A DNA stretch of 64,000 nucleotides from the human T2T-CHM13v2.0 reference genome, Homo sapiens. The stretch lies in assembly GCF_009914755.1 (NCBI RefSeq), contig NC_060930.1; one strand, 5' to 3'. The translations under genes and the position numbers were made by a program. This document shows positions 10,888-22,087 of the stretch, piece after piece. Position 1 is the stretch's first letter. Each line of letters starts with the position of its first letter. The notes under the pieces were generated by a model. That model made no database searches. It was given only the letters and a program-made list of their open reading frames with translations, and was not told where the DNA came from.

Positions 10888-12918
10888 GGTACTCCCTGTA
10901 GTGAGACAGATTAGAAAAAGTAAAGCATCTCTTTCTCAAGGATAATGAGAAAGGCTCACAGCGTGACTATAGAGTTCTGGCTGGATTTCAGCCCCCTTGC
11001 CCTGCCTTTGAGCAATGCATGATCTACATTGTCTGTATAGTACAGCCCTGGCTAAAACCATACTGCTCTGCTTTGTCTTTTTATGTCCAATGGTATGTTA
11101 ATGTTTCAATCATCAATAGTTACATATTTCTAACTTTAAAGGCTAAAATGTATTCTAATAAAATTGGTTATTACAATCAATTCCTTACAATATTATGTGT
11201 CTTAGCAAAAAGTATTTAGAGATGAAAATGAATAAAAATGTTATATTGCAATTCAACAAAATTTCACCTTTTATTTTTTCCTTTTATTTGGCATTCTTTT
11301 AGTGCCAAAATTTTTTAAAAAAAGATAAAATTTATCTTCAGTTTCATGCCAGGGAATATGGAAAAGGGACTAGTTTACAGTTTCACTGTTTATTCATTAA
11401 AGTTCTAACAAAGACAATATGGTAATGAAAATAAATTATTAGCAAATTAAAATAATCAGTGATGAAGCTCAGAATAAAAACATGAGTAAAAAAGAATGCC
11501 CTTATAAAATCTCTTTAGCAATATTTTCCTTTACCAATAGAAATTTAATAAAGTTAAATAAAGCTGAGAGAACAATTTTATTTTAAAAATTGATAGCTGT
11601 AGCCTTAGGAGTTGAACATTTCAATATAGGATAAGGTTTACATATTTAAAATGGAAACGTGCCAACATTTTAAATGTTCTTATTTATAGTTAGCAACATT
11701 ATTTCAGAACTGGTTATCTTTCTCTTATTTTTGTTACCAAAATAACTTGGAAATGAGATCAAGAGATTACAGATAGGACTTTTGATGTTATACTGACACA
11801 CTGTTTAACAAGACCACCAAAGGACATTCAATTATTTAGAGAAATATAACTTCATTTGACTTAGTTATTATTGTGCACTAAAGGCTCTGATTCTCCAATG
11901 TTATGTTGTTACAGATCTTGTCTGCTAGTGATGCAAATGATCTCTGTATGGGAGAAAAGATAACCTCAAGGCTATGATTTTTATTACCCTATAGGTCATT
12001 AACAGCTTTCTATCTAACCTAGCCATCTTATTCTAACATTCCTTTTAAAATACCTATAAATACTCAGTTCCTCAAAATGTTCTTTGAGACAGCTTTATCA
12101 TCTTGCTGGTTTCCTCATTAGTGAGTTACTAAGTCTTTTATTTCTGTTGCTCCTATAGTTGTACAAGGCATGTCTTAAACTTTTTGAAAATTTTATTCTG
12201 ATAGTTTGGTACAGGAAGGCATGGTATTTAAAACCAACTCTTTGCAGCTTTGAGCATTATGAAGCAATTACTTTAATTTTTATATTAATATTAAATGTTT
12301 TAAATCAAATATTTATAAAAGGCTGATTTTTTTCCTGAGATCCATAAATAAAGTGGGAATCAAGTGCTTAGATGTGATTCCTCTCAGTCAATCAGTTTAA
12401 GTATGGATTTTTCTGGTACAAATAAGAATCTGTAAAAAGATTTCAACTGTATGAAGTCAAATACAATGTGAATAAAATCAATTCAGGCCTAAAAGAATCC
12501 AGGAACGAGGCTACACCTGACCAAACCAAATTGGAAATGTTACCTTTGAGTAACCATAAATTAAGGGGAATACTCAATCCTCAAGGCCTGAGTCTCTAGA
12601 GAACAATTACTAAAAATAATCAGAATTTTAGAGTAGTAATAAAAAAGAACAACAAAAAACCCACAAAACTTCCTTGTTCCAACTGTTAAAATAAAAACTA
12701 TATGACTATTTGAACATTCTCACTGTATTACAGGCACTTTCTCTGTCTCTCTCTCTCAATATATATTTCAATCAATAAATGCCATTCTTAACATTTTCCC
12801 TCCAAGTTTCTAATACCATTTTAGATAATCAAAAGGTAAATGTTAACAATTATAGCCTAAGTAAAAACAATGAAATAAAATGAATAGAGAAATGGCAAGG
12901 TTGTCTGGTTTTACTCAC

Positions 12919-13037
12919 CTCCCCATGCAGTGGCTCCTCCAGCAGGTGGTGGTGGTGCTGGTGCTGCGGCTGCTGCTGCCCCTCCAGAGGAAAAGTCTGG
13001 CTGGAGGTCCAGGAGATCACTAGATGGTTTAGAAGTG
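12919..13037 (-). CDS. SNAP91: AP180 exon ~14 (119 nt): (S)TSKPSSDLLDLQPDFSSGGAAAAAAPAPPPPAGGATAWG
   Basis: Acceptor cctttcag|C and donor GGAG|gtgagt. Contains the clathrin-box-like LLDLQ. Confidence 0.97.
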
Positions 13038-13191
13038 CTGAAAGGAAAATAAAACATTAAAATCAGATTTTGAAATTTTATAACATAAAGGTGTTTTTGA
13101 ATAAAGACATGCAGAAATCATCAAAGATTTTAGGTATTTTAAATCCAATAAAAGAATAATACTTTGGAAAGTATAGAGCTATAGCATATAC

Positions 13192-13395
13192 CAAGAGTTG
13201 GCAAACTACTTTTGTCAAGGGCAAGATGGTAAGTATTTTAGACTTTGAGGGCCAGTTGGTCTCTATCATTACTTGACTCTGCTAATGTAGAATGAAATTA
13301 AGACATAGACAATACACAAACAAATCAACATGTCTTTGTTCAAATAAAACTTTATTTACAAAAACAGAGAGTGGGCTGGAGTTGATCTATGTGCA
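13192..13395 (+). mobile_element. MER58A-like hAT-Charlie DNA transposon
   Basis: gttggcaaact...ttcaaataaaactttatttacaaaaacag...gggctgga signature. Confidence 0.75.
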
Positions 13396-13681
13396 GCATT
13401 CTACAGGGAAATCAAAATCATAACCTTGAGGTTATCTTTTCTCTATTTCCTAAAATCTTTTGTATAGAAAAAAAATTCATGTCTTGAGAAGAATTTATTT
13501 ATAAACCAAAGAACACTAAAGGGAATTATTAACCACTAATTTATCTTTTTCCTACGTTAGACTATAATATATCAAGTTTGCCTGTAAGAGGACTTACCTA
13601 AAACGACTACTGCATTTTTTATTTTTACTCAGTTGAGGCTGTGCTTTTCAAAGCTTCTCTGTCTGTAGAATCTCCAAGGAG

Positions 13682-13842
13682 CAGCCTTACTATTCAAAGT
13701 ATAGGCCTCAAACTAGCAGCATCCTGGGATGTTTTTATAAATGCAAAATCTCAGGCATACCCTGTATCTACCACCTCAGAATCTTCATTTTAATAAGATG
13801 CCAAAGCAATTCACATGTACCTTCAGATTTGAGGAGCACTGG
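13682..13842. mobile_element. MER5A-like hAT element
   Basis: aaatgcaaaatctcaggc...cagaatct..cattttaataagat...tttgaggagcactg. Confidence 0.7.
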
Positions 13843-14562
13843 CTTAAAAGTTACCAGGCCAGGTGCCAAGCCATCAGGGTCCCAGGTTCCCCACCTGCCT
13901 TCATAAACAGCAGTTTCATCTTTATCTTTTTTTACATATTAGATTTCCAAGTAATATTCTTTTGAAGAAAGGATTCTGCTGCTTTTTAAAAAAAGTTTCA
14001 AAACCACTGAAACCATTGCTAGTTTTGATGTCCATTTCATAAATACAACTGGACTAAATACCAGGAAAGGAATACATATTTATTATTAATATCTTAAAGC
14101 TTTTGTAAGAAGCAATTTAATTAGAACAGTAATAGAAAGGAGTTGGTTATGCCAAATTTGCTATTATAAAATGCAGAACTAAGCAAGTAGAGAGTAAAGC
14201 ACACAGTTAACATGGGTACAATACTTGGATTTCTTGCTCAGTTCAAAGTTCAAGTCTCCAAACATAGGGCATTCATAATCAGAGTCAAAGATACTACAAA
14301 ATGATATTAGAATCCTCTTAAGGCAAATGAACTAAGGAATTGACCTAAATTTATTATTTGAGGACACACCTATGAGCTGGGGATTGATTTTAGGAGGCTA
14401 GAGATTTCAAAGAACGCACAGTCATCCCCAGATTTCTCACTACTGTTCTGATCTGTAGGTTCTATAAAAACTGATTAGGAATACCCCAAAGGCCTCCTCC
14501 TACCACCAGAGTGTGAGTTCCTCATACGCACTAGCTAATTGGTCAAACAATTCCAAGTTGGG

Positions 14563-14563
<1 letters not shown>

Positions 14564-14604
<41 letters not shown>
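14564..14604. repeat. (TG)n microsatellite, about 20 units
   Basis: Read directly from the sequence. Confidence 0.98.
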
Positions 14605-14607
<3 letters not shown>

Positions 14608-14936
14608 AAAGCATTTTAAAATACCTTTTGAATCTCCCACAAGAAGAAACTAATTTTAGAAAACACTTTCCATATCAGCCAATTTCAGAATAAATTGTGT
14701 GTATCATTCTTCCATTTCCTTTCTCAGTTTGTGACAACAAGGTGATTTCTATAGCTTAGGTCTTTCTAATGATTTAAGAGGCACAGGAGTAAAACAATGT
14801 ACTTTGTGTAGTAAAAACTTCAACATTACTAGGATTAGATTTCCTTTGGTGAAATCATTTGGGTACAGCACATAAAAATAAAACCAAACTCTAATAAAAT
14901 ATTAATAAACAGTTAACTGCATATTTATTTACCAAC

Positions 14937-15046
14937 CTGACTGGGACAGCCGCAGATGCAGTTGCAAATAAATCAACCGGTGGGGATGTGTCAATAGTTT
15001 TAGCTGGTGTAGAATTAGGAGACGTAACAGTTGTGGCTGGAGAAGA
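14937..15046 (-). CDS. SNAP91: AP180 exon ~13 (110 nt): SSPATTVTSPNSTPAKTIDTSPPVDLFATASAAVPV(S)
   Basis: Acceptor cattcag|TCT and donor TCAG|gttggt. Confidence 0.97.
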
Positions 15047-16473
15047 CTGAATGTGAAGATGCACAACACACTTGAGTCAAATATGAATCTACAGGACACA
15101 GGGCAGCAGGACTTTTCTTTGTATAACCATGACATGCCCAGCAATTTTTTTTTTGTAATTCTTTGTGGAGGAAAAAAAAACTCAATAAAATTTGAAATCA
15201 AGGATTGTAATAAATAATCAATATTGGCTAAAACATGTTACAAATTTTAAATGTAATTTATATAAAATGATAAAATATTTGGCTTAACATTGCAATGACT
15301 TCCATTCATTAATTAAAATAAAAGCTAAATGTATTTCCTGAACATAAAATTATTAGGAAAGATCTTACTAGCTGCAAAAAATTTCAAAAATTATCAATTG
15401 TAATAATTGCTAAAAAAACCAATGTCATTATTTTTTCTTGTCATCCTAAAAAGATTTCATGTGAGGTCCTCTCAGATGACCTTCAAATCCAGAAATCTAA
15501 CTTGCAAAATAGTTCACAGTTGGAAGAGAACGATTCACAAGCAAGATTCAAGTCACTGATGTTTTGAAGATATCATGACTATAGCCCATCACTAAGATGA
15601 CATAGATAAAACTAAAAAGGTAAAAATAAAATCTAGTATTTATTTTTCAAGAAGAGGTATTAATAGTCAATTAATATATTACAAGATTTTTATTTAGTTA
15701 CTGTAACTAAACAATTTTGTCTGGTATATTTAATTCTCCATTCATTCACAAGAGAAAGATTAATGGAACATTTCAAAACAATGTATTGATACTTAGTTCT
15801 GTTAGTGGAGATGAGACATAACAGCAGGAAGATTCATGAAGACCAAGACCAAGCCAGGGCTATCAGATACTCCCCTAACTGGGCATCTGACTTCAAAGAG
15901 ACCAAACATAAAGGAAGTTTTAAAAAGAATAATTTGAGGAAAAAAAAAACTGAGGAGATCAGAAATTTACAGAAATTTACAGACTTAAATATTATGTTTG
16001 TCCAAGAATATACTAATCCAAAAGTCAAAATTCAATAGTTATGCAAGTGCCAAGCATTTAGCACTTCAAGAAAGGTGGACACATGAGCAGTGTGGATGTT
16101 GTTAATCAGAAAATATCAACTCAGAACTCTCTCTTCAACAAAAATTCAAATCTTCCAAATGGAATACAAAACATGATCAATGGAAGAGAAAGGACTAGTT
16201 AAAGCTAATTGTATGTCATCCATTGGGAACACTGAGAAATCCTCTAAGAAAAGGTTTTTAAAAGCCAATGCATGTAAATAAGTTTAGAAAAAATGATATT
16301 GATGAAACACTGAGAACTTATTGACAGCAATAAATATTATCAACATAAATGCAAAAAATGAAACTCTACAGAAGCCCATTAAAAAATGCCTTGTAACAAC
16401 AAGCTCTGAGGAGATGTAAGAGCTAGGAAAACAGAACCCAAATAATCTGTTATTACAAAAAGAAAAAGTCAGT

Positions 16474-16519
16474 AAAATTCAATTTGGCCGAAAAAGAAAA
16501 AAAAAAATTCAATTTGGCC
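16474..16519 (+). mobile_element. Solitary poly(A) retro-insertion with a 16-bp TSD
   Basis: aaaattcaatttggcc, then a 14-nt A-rich insert, then aaaattcaatttggcc again. Confidence 0.7.
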
Positions 16520-17289
16520 AAAATGTAGAAACAGACCAACCCAAAGGATGCCACAATTTTACGACACTCTACTCAGCAGTCATATATTGGAGTTTTTCAC
16601 ATAGACATAATGGTTTTAAACCTGGCCTTATATCAGAATAAATGGAGCTTTTCACTTGTTTGTTTTATCTGACTGATTGTTCAAGGTCCCTGAGGGGATC
16701 TTAGGCAGCCAGCCAACCCATCACTGGCATAGTACATGGTGTCTGGAAATCACCAGTGCAGCCATAATGATATCCTTGAATATCTGTAATGACAGCAATT
16801 ATATAATGGAAATTTGTCAAAGAGGAAAAAACACATCTATTACATTTTTGTCTGAAGAATACAATGGTAAATGTGAACTACAGACCTATAGAAGTAAATA
16901 CTCTTGTCACTAATAACCCTAATCCTGTCCTTTCACATGGTAAAAAAGAGACAAGGAGGTAAACGAGTTATTAAAGTTATTATAGTCAACTGTCTAAAAG
17001 GCATATTTGTGGAAAGACACCCAATTACAATGGATTTCTCTACCTTTGAAACATGCACAATATCACATTACCTACCTCATACGACTCTGATTTAGAATAT
17101 GTAAAAATGTTTTACAACTATTAAAACATTCTACTGATAACATTTGTTTTCTGTTGCAATATAAATACGTGAAAATCTCTCCAACTTTAAAAATATTTAG
17201 TCCAAACAAAGGACTAAATTACATATACTATACTACATTGGACTTAGAAACAAATACAAAGGAGGATACATAAAAACATAACTTACCTT

Positions 17290-17872
17290 TCCTCAAACAA
17301 TTTAAATTAGAATTACCATATGACCCAGCAATTCCACTTCTGGGTATATACCCCCAAAGAATCAAAACCAGGGACTTAAATAGATATTTGTACACCCATG
17401 TTCACAGAAGCATTATTCATAAACCCAAATGATACAAGCAACCAAATATCTACTGATGGATGAATGCATGAATAAAGTGTGGTATATACATATAATGGAA
17501 TATAATTCGGCCTTCAAAAGGGAGGAAATTCAGGCACATGGTACAACATGGCTGAACCTTGAAGATATGCTAAGTGAAATAAACCAGTCACTAAAAGACA
17601 GATTCTATATGCGCTCACATATATGAGGTTCCTAGGGTAATCAAATTCATAGAGACAGAAAGTAGAATGGTGGTTGCCAGGGGATCGGGGAGAGAGGGAG
17701 GTGGGGAGTTATTGTTTAATGGTATAGTTACAGTTTTGAAAGATAAAAAAAAAAGTTCCGGAAATGGATAGAGAGGATGGTTGTACAACAATGTTAAGGT
17801 ATATAATGCCACTGAACTGTACACTTTATGATGGTAAAATGGTAAAAAACAAAAAACAAAAACCCCCAAACA
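17290..17872 (+). mobile_element. L1MB-like 3' fragment
   Basis: ORF2 C-terminal remnant (ORF 17429..17626), L1MB-type 3' UTR and A-rich tail. TSD at 17272-17289 / 17873-17890. Confidence 0.88.
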
Positions 17873-17887
17873 AAAAACCAAACTTAC

Positions 17888-17915
17888 CTTACTTAATGGA
17901 GAGGGAGCACCAGAT
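17888..17915 (-). CDS. SNAP91: AP180 exon ~12 (28 nt): (G)SGAPSPLSK
   Basis: Acceptor ccttttag|A and donor AAG|gtaagt. Confidence 0.95.
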
Positions 17916-17945
17916 CTAAAAGGCAACATAAAAAAAAATTAAAAC

Positions 17946-17948
<3 letters not shown>

Positions 17949-17990
<42 letters not shown>
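17949..17990. repeat. (AT)n microsatellite, about 21 units
   Basis: Read directly. Lies about 33 nt upstream of the exon 12 acceptor. Confidence 0.97.
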
Positions 17991-17993
<3 letters not shown>

Positions 17994-18754
17994 AATATAT
18001 TTGTAGAAGCATTTAAGTTGGATTTCACTTGGTCAAGCACTAACTTGTTTTATATACAGACTTTTAAAATAATGGACAGGCTATTTTTAAAAAACTTTTA
18101 ATCTTTTACTTAATAATGACACCCCCTTCCACTGTTTTCCATCTACTTAATTTCCAGTACTAGAAATACTTAAATTCAACATTATTTTCCATATCTCTCG
18201 CAACTCAAATTCTTTGAGTCAAACATTATTGCCTATGTCCATAAAAAACAAACTGTCTAAATGGGAATTTAAAACCATTTTCAGAAGGCTTGGAAAAAAC
18301 CATGCTTTGCAGAATTATGACAAACCCCAACACCCAGTGGTTTAAATCACTTAGGTTAAAGTACACTGTGAAGATCCCTACAGGCCCTGTGCTGAAATAT
18401 GTCTCGGCTTCCATATTCATACTCTTGAAGTCTGTTTTCCCCCCCCATGGCTGTAATAAAAACTCTAGCAAGAATATTCTAGGAAAAATATTCCCATCAT
18501 CCTGTTATAATTAGTGGGAGCTAGGAAAAAAACAGCAACTTCGATGCTTTTTTCTAAGAAAATGAGGGAAAATTAGGAAGGCGTGAATTTTAAGTTATAT
18601 TACTGGTAGCATTGACTATTGCAGATCACTTCTAGGAAAGTGCTTCAGAAATAACTGCCAGAACAGCTCACATTTTACTAACTTCAGTTAGTGAAAAATG
18701 AATAACAAAACAAGATGAAGACTAAATACATTTCAATAAGCAGCCTATATTCAC

Positions 18755-18790
18755 CGCCTTACTGCATGGCAGGGATGACTTTTTACTCAT
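18755..18790 (-). other. Candidate poison (premature-stop) cassette exon of SNAP91
   Basis: Acceptor ttttctctgtag|ATGA with a ~90-nt AG-free zone. Possible donors are GCA|gtaagg (28 nt) and GCG|gtgaat (36 nt). TGA is in frame. Confidence 0.45.
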
Positions 18791-18876
18791 CTACAGAGAA
18801 AATATCACACACATAGCAGCAGCAAAACAAAATTACAGCAGAAATTTAGTAAGTAGAATTTTGTACAATATTATGA

Positions 18877-19244
<368 letters not shown>

Positions 19245-19817
19245 CAAGTTAATATCTTTTAAGTTCAACTTCATTTGCAAATACATGCCTGCCATTTCCT
19301 GTTTGAATTTAATTTCTACTTAAAATGAATATAAACAACAGGTAGCAAGGGCACAGAGATTTCTGCTATATAACAAGCATAAGGGTAACAACTTGGTTAC
19401 ATGTAGTTTGGCTAAATGTTATCTTAAGAGTAATATAGTCTATGAGGGAAAGGATATACCTTTATCTATACTGTCCGTGTCAAAGGGTCTACTGAAATAT
19501 CTACAGTAAATTCCTTAAGAACCTAAAAATCTAGTACAGCATACGGTGGGAAATGTCCTAGTGAGTTTTGGCTAATAATTTCTCCACTCCCACTATTTTT
19601 TCCCTTTACGTATGGAAAAGGAAGGGAGTTAAATCTAAATAAAAATTCAAGAAAATAGTAGCATGAATTCTACAAAGAAAACATAGAAGCCTTTGGTATG
19701 GTCACTTTCTAAGAATGAATTAATTTAAATTAATTTGTTTCTCTCTCAAGCAATTTTCATAAACCAATTCTTAGTGGTATTGATACAATTATAAATACTA
19801 ATAAAGAAAAGAGAAGA

Positions 19818-20138
19818 GGCCAGGTGCGGTGGCTCACGCCTGTAATCCCAGCACTTTGGGAGGTAAAGGCAGGCAGATCACTTGAGGTCAGGAGTTCGAC
19901 ACCAGCCTGGCCAATATGGCGAAACCCTGTCTCTACTAAAAATACAAAAAAATAAAAAATAAAAATTAGCTGGGTGTGGTGGCACGCGCCTGTAATCCCA
20001 GCTACTCAGGAGGCTGAGGCAGGAGAATCGCTTGAACCTGGTGGGTGGAGGTTGCAGCGAGCCGAGATCGCACCACCGCACTCCCTCCAGTCTAGGAGAC
20101 AGAGCGAGACTCAGTCTCAAAAAAAAAAAAAAAAAAAA
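19818..20138 (+). mobile_element. AluS (Sx-like)
   Basis: Full dimer beginning ggccaggtgcggtggctcacgcc, with an A-tail. Confidence 0.95.
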
Positions 20139-22081
20139 ATCAACAGCTTTAGAAATACATTTCCAAACTAATACCTAAAATATTATAACTTCTTCTATAA
20201 CATCTTCTACCCCACAGCAAGAATGAAGATATAATAAAAATGATAGAATTGTTCTACCTGCTATAAAAAAGAGTATCATACTTAAGTATGAAAAATCATA
20301 ATTGGTACAAGAATCATTTTGCCAAGCTTCCACATAAACAATATTAGTAAATGATACTTGCAGTTATCCCATGAATTATGCAAACAAACAAAACCCTCCT
20401 ACTGTCTCTGTTGAGATATCCCACTTACCACATTACATCTTAGTTGCCTGTTTAATTCTCTATCTTCTTCACTAGATACTAAGTTTTTTGAAAGGAAGGA
20501 ACTCATCCCATTGTTTTATATCCCTAGCACTTTACATATCATCTGACATTTTCTGTATTATTTGAATTTTTATATTAGAATATGTTCAGGTATTCATTCT
20601 ATAATCAATAAATTAACCAGACGTCTTTAAAAAGTTATTTTCTGTGAAACAAAACTGTCAGGATGCGTGACCTCTGTTTTCTAACCAGAGTTGGCTTCTG
20701 CCATGATTTAATTAAAAGGTTGAGAACCAGAGGTGCTCCAATGGGGCCATAGCTTTCAAAAGCACCATTAATCACTGATTAAACTCTGAAGGTTCCCAGG
20801 CTCGGAGAGGTTAATAACTTTCCCATGTCTCATCATGCTTTAACGGTGGATTCCAGACTCTAGTCCAAGTCTATATGCCCCTCAGAGCCTATGCTCAGTC
20901 CACATTCCAACCCCCAAAACACAGATAAACTTGGCACATTTGCTTCTCTCTTACACAACATATAAATTGCTCTTCTTATGTGTTTCTCACTTGATTTTCC
21001 ACCCTAATGTTAGTCATTGCCCTTTAGGAAAGAAGATACTACATCATTTACATATAGACAATATTTGTTAAAAAGACCAATACTTCTATTAATAATTTCA
21101 CCTAGAAAAATCTAGTAGATAATGAACCATGTTGGAAAAACAAGGCATTAAGGTAATTTTAGAAGAAAATGAATGACCCATATAAGTAATCTACTCTAAA
21201 TTCTGTAAAATTACTACAAACTCATGGGTTTCACTATGAACACAGCAAATGTCCATATTTCTTTCCAAGATGTTAACAGGAAGCTGTCAAATAGAATATT
21301 TTGTTAAGTTTTATATGAGTCATAACAATAATCCCTACATAATTTTGAGTATAAGTGCTAGCCAGAAAAAAATACAGATGTGAAAGATCTATCTACATCC
21401 TTCAAATAACTTGAATTACAAAAGATTTATCTTAAATTTCCTGTAACCTCAACACTTAGTAAACCCACATAAATAATAAAATAAATTTCTCTCTTTTGTC
21501 CTGTGGAATTATAGAAACAGACAATATATAAAGGTATATCACAGAGTATTGCATAAAATTACAGAAATAAACAGCAGTGGACACAAGGTACTAAATATAA
21601 AGGGCATACATATTCTTCATAGCAGACATTTGCAAATGCTTCAATTTATGTATATACTTGGTTTGGAGGTTAGAATAGTTTTATACTGTGACCAGAAGAC
21701 AAATAAAACAATTTTAAGTAATTAATTTTCTTTATAAATTTGTCTTTTCGCATTTATGCTATAAGCCATGGGGAAGTCTTTTGTTTACTAAACAAATAAA
21801 AAATATTTCATTTCTAAAATCTGAGGAATATATAAATATAAATACATATATACATCTAAGAGAGACTGTTAGTCTATATCCAAGAAGACCGAAAGAAAGT
21901 AAAACCATTTATGCTAGTCAACTTGGGAGACAAAAATAAAGCATAATGAAAAAACACAGATGTGTAAAAGGGACAGAAATCAGTTTTAAATCTTCTAAAT
22001 ACCAAATGTGGAATCTTAAGAGTGTTTTTTGCATTTTTAGTAATTACCAAATGCAAAAAACTCACTCCATACAGTACTCAC

Positions 22082-22087
22082 CCTTCA
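22082..22087 (-). CDS. SNAP91: AP180 6-nt microexon ~11 (TGAAGG; gives N-E-G instead of K)
   Basis: cttaag|TGAAGG|gtgagt. Needed to produce GKKPGNNEGSGAP between exons 10 and 12. A pyrimidine tract and UGC lie upstream. Confidence 0.92.

Noticed and set aside
13592-13610. ttttAG|GTAAGT recursive-splice-like motif
   Set aside because: The pyrimidine tract is short with nearby upstream AGs, and the intron is only 1.9 kb.
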